Shown: in pieces, positions 1 through 6,250 of the stretch
Position numbering within the stretch: position 1 is the stretch's first letter
How the letters are laid out: each line of letters opens with the position of its first letter
Virus record (IMG/VR): IMGVR_UViG_2660237933_000006
Location: 1 to 10,788 of that record
Source of the DNA: a virus
Lineage: Duplodnaviria; Heunggongvirae; Uroviricota; Caudoviricetes
Direction: 5' to 3' (one strand)
DNA length: 10,788 nucleotides
Position numbers and translations under genes: made by a program
The notes under the pieces: model-generated
The model's database searches: none
Told to the model about the DNA's origin: nothing
What the model saw: only the letters and a program-made list of their open reading frames with translations

Positions 1-933
1 ATGGACAACGACAAAATTGATCAACACAGCGACGAAATTGAAGTTGAGAGCGAAGAAAAAGAGCGCGGCAAAAAAATAGAAATAGATGAAGACCGACTCC
101 CCTCCCGGGCGATGGCAATTCATGAGCATATCCGCCAGGATGGTGAAAAAGAGCTGGAACGCGACGCAATGGCGCTACTGTGGTCAGCCATTGCGGCGGG
201 TCTGTCGATGGGCGCTTCGTTACTGGCAAAAGGGATATTTCAAGTCGAACTGGAAGGTGTGCCGGGCAGCTTCTTGCTGGAGAATCTCGGTTATACCTTT
301 GGTTTTATTATCGTCATTATGGCCCGCCAGCAATTATTTACCGAAAATACCGTGACTGCGGTACTACCCGTCATGCAAAAACCGACAATGAGCAACGTCG
401 GCTTACTTATACGGTTATGGGGCGTCGTGCTGCTGGGTAATATTCTCGGGACAGGTATTGCGGCGTGGGCATTTGAATATATGCCTATCTTCAATGAAGA
501 AACTCGCGATGCATTTGTCAAAATCGGCATGGATGTGATGAAGAACACCCCCAGCGAGATGTTTGCCAACGCGATCATTTCCGGCTGGCTGATCGCCACT
601 ATGGTTTGGATGTTTCCTGCAGCGGGTGCGGCAAAGATTGTGGTGATTATATTGATGACCTGGCTTATTGCCCTGGGTGACACCACCCATATCGTGGTCG
701 GTTCTGTTGAAATCCTCTATCTGGTGTTTAACGGTACGCTGCACTGGAGCGATTTCATCTGGCCCTTCGCACTACCTACTTTAGCGGGGAACATCTGCGG
801 CGGCACCTTTATCTTCGCGTTAATGAGTCATGCACAGATTCGTAACGACATGAGCAATAAGCGTAAAGCAGAAGCACGCCAAAAAGCAGAACGTGCGGAA
901 AACATTAAGAAAAATTATAAAAACCCGGCATAA
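1..933 (+). CDS. yfdC: Inner-membrane protein of the formate/nitrite transporter (FNT) family, YfdC-like
   Basis: 310-aa ORF beginning at base 1 with ATG. Translation is hydrophobic with multiple predicted membrane helices and a charged N-terminus. It matches my recollection of E. coli YfdC, the gene immediately upstream of argW in K-12. Alternative-frame ORFs inside it are spurious. Confidence 0.8.
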   Translation: MDNDKIDQHSDEIEVESEEKERGKKIEIDEDRLPSRAMAIHEHIRQDGEKELERDAMALLWSAIAAGLSMGASLLAKGIFQVELEGVPGSFLLENLGYTFGFIIVIMARQQLFTENTVTAVLPVMQKPTMSNVGLLIRLWGVVLLGNILGTGIAAWAFEYMPIFNEETRDAFVKIGMDVMKNTPSEMFANAIISGWLIATMVWMFPAAGAAKIVVIILMTWLIALGDTTHIVVGSVEILYLVFNGTLHWSDFIWPFALPTLAGNICGGTFIFALMSHAQIRNDMSNKRKAEARQKAERAENIKKNYKNPA

Positions 934-968
934 ATGGCGAGGGTTTAAGCAATCGAGCGGCAGCGTAC

Positions 969-997
969 TTACCCCGCACTCCATTAGCGGGTATACT
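969..997 (+). promoter_or_regulatory. Candidate sigma70 promoter for argW: -35 TTACCC (969-974), 17-bp spacer, -10 TATACT (992-997), GC-rich discriminator
   Basis: Read directly from sequence. The -10 sits about 11 bp upstream of the mature tRNA 5' end, and the discriminator CATGCCGC is GC-rich as in stringently controlled stable-RNA promoters. The -35 is a weak match. Not experimentally anchored. Confidence 0.35.
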
Positions 998-1008
998 CAT
1001 GCCGCATT

Positions 1009-1083
1009 GTCCTCTTAGTTAAATGGATATAACGAGCCCCTCCTAAGGGCTAATTGCAGGTTCGATTCCTGCAGGGGACACCA
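1009..1083 (+). tRNA. argW: tRNA-Arg, anticodon CCU
   Basis: 75-nt sequence GTCCTCTTAGTT...GCAGGGGACACCA folded by hand into a cloverleaf. Acceptor stem 7 bp (one G-U), D-stem GTTA/TAAC, anticodon stem AGCCC/GGGCT with loop CTCCTAA (anticodon CCT), T-stem GCAGG/CCTGC with loop TTCGATT, discriminator A, encoded CCA. Matches argW, a known prophage integration target. Confidence 0.95.
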
Positions 1084-1178
1084 TTTATCAGTTCGCTCCC
1101 ATCCGTACCAGTCCGCAAAATCCCCTGAATATCAAGCCTTCCGTAGATTCACAGTTCGTAATGGTTCGCGTCAGATCG

Positions 1179-1208
1179 TTGACAGCCGCACTCCATGACG
1201 GGTAAAAA
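1179..1208 (+). promoter_or_regulatory. Candidate integrase promoter: perfect -35 TTGACA (1179-1184), 18-bp spacer, weak -10 TAAAAA (1203-1208)
   Basis: Read from sequence; a consensus -35 hexamer is present but the -10 is a 4/6 match. It overlaps the inverted repeat GGGTAAAAA (1200-1208) described in the findings. Speculative. Confidence 0.25.
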
Positions 1209-1244
1209 GTGGATAAAATAATTTTACCCACCGGATTTTTACCC

Positions 1245-2402
1245 ATGCTCACCGTTAAGCAGATTGAAGCAGCAAAGCCGAAAGAAAAACCATACCGCCT
1301 ACTCGATGGTAATGGCCTGTACCTTTATGTCCCTGTGTCAGGGAAAAAGGTATGGCAGCTTCGCTACAAGATTGACGGTAAGGAGAAAATCCTGACCGTA
1401 GGAAAATATCCGCTAATGACTTTGCAGGAGGCAAGAGATAAAGCATGGACCGCGAGGAAAGACATCTCGGTTGGCATCGATCCGGTAAAAGCGAAAAAGG
1501 CTTCGTCTAACAACAATTCCTTTAGTGCGATTTACAAGGAATGGTACGAGCACAAGAAGCAAGTCTGGTCAGTAGGCTATGCAACTGAACTTGCAAAAAT
1601 GTTTGATGACGACATTTTACCCATCATCGGCGGCCTTGAAATTCAGGATATTGAGCCGATGCAACTGTTGGAAGTAATCCGCAGATTTGAAGATCGCGGC
1701 GCAATGGAGCGAGCCAACAAAGCACGCAGAAGATGCGGCGAGGTTTTCCGTTACGCTATTGTCACCGGAAGGGCTAAATATAACCCGGCACCTGACCTTG
1801 CTGACGCCATGAAGGGATACCGCAAGAAGAACTTCCCGTTTCTTCCTGCAGACCAGATCCCGGAATTCAACAAAGCACTGGCAACATTTTCAGGAAGTAT
1901 CGTATCGCTCATTGCGACCAAAGTTTTACGCTACACAGCCCTCAGAACAAAAGAGCTTCGTTCCATGCTATGGAAGAACGTCGATTTTGAAAACAGGATT
2001 ATCACCATCGACGCCAATGTGATGAAGGGACGCAAAATTCATGTTGTTCCTATGTCAGACCAGGTGGTTGAGCTTCTCACTACGCTAAGCTCCATCACTA
2101 AACCAGTCTCAGAGTTTGTTTTTGCCGGGCGCAACGATAAGAAGAAGCCAATCTGCGAGAACGCGGTATTGCTTGTGATCAAACAAATCGGCTATGAAGG
2201 TCTGGAAAGCGGTCACGGATTCAGGCATGAATTCAGCACGATTATGAACGAGCACGAATGGCCTGCCGACGCCATTGAAGTGCAACTGGCACATGCCAAC
2301 GGCGGATCTGTGCGTGGAATTTACAATCATGCTCAGTATCTCGATAAGCGCAGAGAAATGATGCAATGGTGGGCGGACTGGCTTGATGAAAAGGTAGAGT
2401 GA
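1245..2402 (+). CDS. intS: Prophage tyrosine integrase, P4/CPS-53 (IntS) type
   Basis: Translation MLTVKQIEAAKPKEKPYRLLDGNGLYLYVP... ending ...MMQWWADWLDEKVE matches my recollection of E. coli K-12 IntS (385 aa) almost residue for residue. The C-terminal catalytic region carries R...HxxR...Y-type residues (GHGFRHEF, RGIYNHAQY). The ORF track starts 12 codons upstream at GTG 1209; I chose ATG 1245 by homology although it lacks an obvious Shine-Dalgarno. Confidence 0.9.
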   Translation: MLTVKQIEAAKPKEKPYRLLDGNGLYLYVPVSGKKVWQLRYKIDGKEKILTVGKYPLMTLQEARDKAWTARKDISVGIDPVKAKKASSNNNSFSAIYKEWYEHKKQVWSVGYATELAKMFDDDILPIIGGLEIQDIEPMQLLEVIRRFEDRGAMERANKARRRCGEVFRYAIVTGRAKYNPAPDLADAMKGYRKKNFPFLPADQIPEFNKALATFSGSIVSLIATKVLRYTALRTKELRSMLWKNVDFENRIITIDANVMKGRKIHVVPMSDQVVELLTTLSSITKPVSEFVFAGRNDKKKPICENAVLLVIKQIGYEGLESGHGFRHEFSTIMNEHEWPADAIEVQLAHANGGSVRGIYNHAQYLDKRREMMQWWADWLDEKVE

Positions 2403-2496
2403 GCGGCCTTAAACTATCGAATAGCACAAAGCCTTGCAATACAGTGCAAAGCCTTGTGTGTCTCAGTTTTGTCCTGTGTGCCAGATATTGAATGGC

Positions 2497-3090
2497 CTAC
2501 GCCTCCGGCAGTTCAGGCCAGATGATATCCGGCGCGGTGCTGGTATCTGTTACCGTCACCGCGTCAATGTAATCCAGCACGGCGTTAAGTCGGGTTGTTT
2601 CTGCCTGCGTCAGTTTCCGTCCGGCCTGCAATTTCAGTTGAATCAGACTAATGGAAGCCATTGCAGTATCAATCAGTGACTGACGTTGTGCTTCTGCCGC
2701 GTCTACTGCGGCGCTATGCTGTGCCTCGGTATCCGTCACCCATTTCTCACCATCCCATTTATCGTATGGCGTTAACGGTGAAAGCGTGACATAACCGTCT
2801 TTGATGGCACCGATATAATACACTGTAACAGCTGCGCCATTTTCTGTTGAGTAAACAGTCTCATTGCGATGGTCTTCTTCATGGCTCCATCCCTTACCCG
2901 TAAATACTGCCACTTTCCCCGGAATGTTTTCGCCCGGGTCAATACCAGTGGAACAGGCGGGCATACTTACGCCAGTATTAATATATTCATCAGACCAGCC
3001 CGTATACTCAGATGTTTCAGCATCATAATAAAAACAACGCATATCGCCCGGCACTGTAGCCAGCCCATTTTCATCAAAAACAGGTTTCAT
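2497..3090 (-). CDS. tfa: Tail fiber assembly protein (Tfa; chaperone for the side tail fiber)
   Basis: 197-aa ORF. The C-terminal half has the Tfa motifs I recall from lambda Tfa and T4 gp38-like chaperones (WxGxxWVxDTEA, DTSTAPDIxWPE). Its ATG overlaps the stf stop (TAATG on the minus strand), implying translational coupling. Confidence 0.85.
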   Translation of the reverse strand: MKPVFDENGLATVPGDMRCFYYDAETSEYTGWSDEYINTGVSMPACSTGIDPGENIPGKVAVFTGKGWSHEEDHRNETVYSTENGAAVTVYYIGAIKDGYVTLSPLTPYDKWDGEKWVTDTEAQHSAAVDAAEAQRQSLIDTAMASISLIQLKLQAGRKLTQAETTRLNAVLDYIDAVTVTDTSTAPDIIWPELPEA

Positions 3091-5519
3091 TATTTAGCCC
3101 TCACCAGAAAGTTAAATGCAATATTTCGCGGTCTGACAGCAACAAAATTCACACCATCACCCACAGAGTTACCGGTGAAATTAAATCGTGAAAATCCTGG
3201 CTGATTTCCGGCGATGCCATCATGAAAGTTAATTGCGTGTCCCGCACCTAAGCCTACATTCCCGGCAAAATGAGAAAAGTTTGTAGCTTCCTGCCAGCTT
3301 AATAATTCGCGACCACCATCTGCACCTCGCCCGTCATCCCAGATACGAATGAAATCACCGCGGGCTTCAGGTAATACCAGCGAAGGAAACACTTTCGCCA
3401 GCACAGGGTAATCAGAGGCAGAAAATTTCGCCCCGTTGAACTTCAAAAACACCATACTGGACCAGCTGTCGATTACAGTATTTGGCATTGCAGCGGACGG
3501 CCAGAAGAACGGAACGCCAATAGCTGGAGCACCTTCTCCCAAACCAAGGTAATCAAGAACTCCCTGAGTGCTGGTTTTGCCAAGAATGGCACGTCCAACA
3601 CTTGTCAATGCAGTTAACGCGGCACGATCAACACCTGTGAAATAAGGGAGTTTATCTGCTGCTGTAGCTAGTGCCGCTAGAGCAGTGAGCGTAGCGTCTG
3701 CCGCTTGCTTTCCATTAGCCAAATCATATGCAGCCTTGACAGCTTTCGGTGTGGCGGCCAGCACTTCGGACGTGCTATTGGTAGCACTACTGAGCTGAAC
3801 TATCCCCTTTTTCGTCGTGCTCGCATCCTCAAGCGCCACGGCGGATGCAATATCCTCTGCCCGTTTTGCCGCTGTCTCAGCGCGCGTTGCTGCAGATTCC
3901 GCCGTACTTTTGCTCTGAGCTGCTGCCGTCGCACTGCCAGCTGCCTCTGTCGCCTTCGTGGATGCCGTCGTGGCGCTACCCTTCGCTGCTGACGCCTGTC
4001 TGGTCGCCTCATCTTTTGAAGCAGACGCCGATGAGGCCGATGACGCCGCCGAACTGGCGGACGATGCGGCAGCCGTTTTTGAGGATTCTGCACGGGTTTC
4101 CGACGCTTTCGCGTTCGTTTCGGATGTCTTCGCTGCGGAAGCAGACCTCGCTGCTGCGCTGGCCTGTTCAGTGGCTTCGCCAGCCTTCGTTGTGGCTGTT
4201 GAAGCGGATGATGCGGCGCTTTCTGCCGATTTTCCGGCAGCGGTGGCACTGGCTGAGGCCTGCCCGGCACTTGTTGACGCAGCACTGGCAGACGACGCAG
4301 CCGCTGTTTTTGAACCTGCCGCAGCTGAGGCGCTCTGTCCCGCTGCTGTTTCAGAAGACCTGGCGTTCGTCTCGGACGTCTTTGCCGCCTTCGCGGAATT
4401 TCCTGCCGCCGTTGCCGAGGAAGCGGCACTACTGGCGCTTGATGATGCGTTCGTTTCTGATGATTTCGCTGCCTCTTTTGAGGCCGCCGCATCCCGGGCT
4501 GAGGTGGCAGCTTCTGACGCCTTTGTGGTCGCGGCGGATGCAGAAGTGGCTGCAGATTTTTGTGACGCTGCCGCATTCGTTTCTGACGTTTTCGCGGCAC
4601 TGGCAGATGATGCAGCCGCTGTTTTTGAGCCTGCCGCAGCTGAGGCACTCTGTCCCGCTGCTGTTTCAGAAGACCTGGCGTTCGTCTCGGACGTCTTTGC
4701 CGCCTTCGCGGAATTTCCTGCCGCCGTTGCCGAGGAAGCGGCACTACTGGCGCTTGATGATGCGTTCGTTTCTGATGATTTCGCTGCCTCTTTTGAGGCC
4801 GCCGCATCCCGGGCTGAGGTGGCAGCTTCTGACGCCTTTGTGGTCGCGGCGGATGCAGAAGTGGCTGCAGATTTTTGTGACGCTGCCGCATTCGTTTCTG
4901 ACGTTTTCGCGGCACTGGCACTGGTAGCTGCCGCGCTTTTTGAGGACTCTGCAGCGGCAGCACTTTTTGATGCTTCAGTGGCCTTTGTTGATGCCGTTCC
5001 TGCGCTGGAAGTCGCTGACTGAGCCGACGACGCGGCCTGTCCGGCTGACGTGCTGGCTGCGCGTGCTGAGCCTGCAGCATCAGTCGCATGGGTTGCCGCC
5101 TCACGGGCTGATGTGCTGGCATCACTGGCTGACTTCTTCGCGGCTGCCGTGTTCTGTGCCACCACGGACGCGTTACGCGCCACCTCTTCCACCATCAGCT
5201 CAAAACGGCGCAGTGCCTCCGGACGGGCATCATCCTCCGTCATGGCACCGAGAAAATCATTCAGCGTACCGGGTCGGGAATCTTCATACACGGTAATGGT
5301 CCCGGCATGTGATGGCGGGAATCCCTCCACCAACAGACTGACGCTGTACTGACCATACTCGACGTCCATTGTGTAACGCCCGGCTTCATCCGGGTTTTCT
5401 GAGGCCACTGTGTTCACCACCACCGTGGTGCTGTTGCGCCTGGCCTTTAGCTGAATGGTGCAGTTTTGTATCGGCTTACCTGCGCCATCTTTCAGTACAC
5501 CTGAAATCTTTACTGCCAT
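3090..5519 (-). CDS. stf: Side tail fiber protein (Stf), lambda orf401/orf314 homolog, intact single ORF
   Basis: N-terminus MAVKISGVLKDGAGKPIQNCTIQLKARRNSTTVVVNT... is lambda-Stf-like. A long Ala/Ser/Thr/Lys-rich shaft with SETNA-type repeats is followed by the conserved KLPYF boundary motif and a distal domain ending NIAFNFLVRAK. Start set at ATG 5517-5519 (SD-like GGGG 6-9 nt upstream); the ORF track's GTG at 5523-5525 is an alternative. Confidence 0.85.
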   Translation of the reverse strand: MAVKISGVLKDGAGKPIQNCTIQLKARRNSTTVVVNTVASENPDEAGRYTMDVEYGQYSVSLLVEGFPPSHAGTITVYEDSRPGTLNDFLGAMTEDDARPEALRRFELMVEEVARNASVVAQNTAAAKKSASDASTSAREAATHATDAAGSARAASTSAGQAASSAQSATSSAGTASTKATEASKSAAAAESSKSAAATSASAAKTSETNAAASQKSAATSASAATTKASEAATSARDAAASKEAAKSSETNASSSASSAASSATAAGNSAKAAKTSETNARSSETAAGQSASAAAGSKTAAASSASAAKTSETNAAASQKSAATSASAATTKASEAATSARDAAASKEAAKSSETNASSSASSAASSATAAGNSAKAAKTSETNARSSETAAGQSASAAAGSKTAAASSASAASTSAGQASASATAAGKSAESAASSASTATTKAGEATEQASAAARSASAAKTSETNAKASETRAESSKTAAASSASSAASSASSASASKDEATRQASAAKGSATTASTKATEAAGSATAAAQSKSTAESAATRAETAAKRAEDIASAVALEDASTTKKGIVQLSSATNSTSEVLAATPKAVKAAYDLANGKQAADATLTALAALATAADKLPYFTGVDRAALTALTSVGRAILGKTSTQGVLDYLGLGEGAPAIGVPFFWPSAAMPNTVIDSWSSMVFLKFNGAKFSASDYPVLAKVFPSLVLPEARGDFIRIWDDGRGADGGRELLSWQEATNFSHFAGNVGLGAGHAINFHDGIAGNQPGFSRFNFTGNSVGDGVNFVAVRPRNIAFNFLVRAK
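4291..4920. repeat. Tandem direct repeat, 2 x 315 bp (copy 1 4291-4605, copy 2 4606-4920), inside stf
   Basis: Aligned by hand. Across the 309 bp from 4297/4612 onward the copies differ at 2 positions (gaaCctgcc vs gaGcctgcc; gaggcGctc vs gaggcActc), and the first 6 bp differ at 2 more (gacgac vs gatgat). The period is an exact multiple of 3 and the two encoded 105-aa units are identical. Confidence 0.9.
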
Positions 5520-5530
5520 ATTCACCCCAC

Positions 5531-5556
5531 AAAAAAGCCCGCCTGAACCGGCGGGC
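5531..5556 (-). terminator. Rho-independent terminator downstream of lom
   Basis: On the minus strand: GCCCGCC-GGTTCA-GGCGGGC stem-loop (7-bp GC-rich stem) followed by TTTTTT, lying between the lom stop (5584) and the stf start (5519). Confidence 0.6.
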
Positions 5557-5583
5557 TGTCATAACACTGTGTTACCTGGCTAA

Positions 5584-6183
5584 TCAGAATTTATAACCGA
5601 CACCCACGATGAAACCGTCAGTGCGCCAGTCACCACTGCCGGAGCCTTCATAAGCAATATCAATGGCCACGGATTCGGTCGGGTTAAACTGCACGCCAGC
5701 CCCCCACGCCAGAGACGTGTTGCTGTGGCGACCGTCATCACTTCCGGTCAGCACATCGTGCGTTTTCCCCTTGTTGTCAGTTACGCGGAGATAATCTCCG
5801 GAGAAAGTCGACACACGGCTGTAAGACACACCCGCCATCGCATACGCGCTGAACCATTCATTCACGCGCACAGACGGCCCCGCCATCACGCTGAACCAGC
5901 GGTTACGCACGGAATCTTCATGCCAGCGGGTATCGCTGTAACGGGTCAGCTGGCGATTCTTGTCTCCTGCATAGCTGAATGACGTCACCATCCCCAGTGT
6001 GTCCGTAAACTCATAACGGTATTTCACGTTAATCCCGTTCAGATTATCGCTGCCGGGAGCGTTCGTACGGGCATGAAGATACCCTGCGCTCAGTGTGGCC
6101 TGCTGCTCAGACGCCCATGCAGGCGCACCGGATACGGCCAGACAGATGGCTGCGGACAAAATGGCTGCACAAACTTTACGCAT
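5584..6183 (-). CDS. lom: Outer-membrane beta-barrel protein of the Lom/Ail/PagC family (phage moron)
   Basis: 199 aa with an N-terminal signal peptide (MRKVCAAILSAAICLAVSGAPAWA|SEQ). The C-terminus ...AYEGSGSGDWRTDGFIVGVGYKF matches lambda Lom as I recall it and ends in an aromatic residue typical of OM barrels. SD GAGAGG upstream of the ATG. Position between J and stf is as in lambda. Confidence 0.9.
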   Translation of the reverse strand: MRKVCAAILSAAICLAVSGAPAWASEQQATLSAGYLHARTNAPGSDNLNGINVKYRYEFTDTLGMVTSFSYAGDKNRQLTRYSDTRWHEDSVRNRWFSVMAGPSVRVNEWFSAYAMAGVSYSRVSTFSGDYLRVTDNKGKTHDVLTGSDDGRHSNTSLAWGAGVQFNPTESVAIDIAYEGSGSGDWRTDGFIVGVGYKF

Positions 6184-6207
6184 AATTACCTCTCGCTTTT
6201 CTGCAAT

Positions 6208-6231
6208 AAAAAAGGCGCCATTTCTGGCGCC
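6208..6231 (-). terminator. Hairpin plus T-tract between J and lom (intrinsic terminator or lom 5'-UTR structure)
   Basis: On the minus strand: GGCGCCA-GAAA-TGGCGCC (7-bp stem) followed by TTTTTTATT, then the lom SD and ATG 24 nt later. Confidence 0.6.
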
Positions 6232-6250
6232 CGTATATGGGTTATAAAAT

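Noticed and set aside
86-744. Overlapping ORFs within yfdC (86-355 +, 180-440 +, 291-686 -, 415-744 -)
   Set aside because: All are nested in alternative frames of the well-supported yfdC membrane-protein gene; compositionally implausible.
1255-2439. Minus-strand ORFs antisense to the integrase (1255-1446, 2109-2366, 2242-2439)
   Set aside because: Nested antisense to a strongly supported integrase gene; no start context or recognisable domain.
2434-2679. 81-aa plus-strand ORF starting in the int-tfa spacer (TTG start) as a possible small cargo gene
   Set aside because: Only the first ~20 codons are intergenic and the rest is antisense to the 3' end of tfa. It has a TTG start with no Shine-Dalgarno and a Cys-rich low-complexity translation.
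2869-3204. 111-aa plus-strand ORF spanning the tfa/stf junction
   Set aside because: Antisense to two translationally coupled, well-supported genes.
4291-4920. CRISPR array or diversity-generating retroelement as an explanation for the stf repeats
   Set aside because: The repeat units are 315 bp, tandem, in-frame and coding, with no short repeat-spacer periodicity. No reverse-transcriptase ORF or template/variable repeat pair with adenine-specific mismatches is present in the window.
3800-5125. Very long alternative-frame ORFs inside stf (441 aa minus strand at 3800-5125, 360 aa plus strand at 3845-4927, 354 aa plus strand at 3958-5022)
   Set aside because: They lie in the GC-rich Ala/Ser-repeat shaft of stf, where low-complexity sequence keeps all six frames open. 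Their translations are extreme low-complexity (Arg/Gln/Pro-rich or Ala/Asp/Phe-rich), they lack start contexts, and they are fully nested in a well-supported gene.
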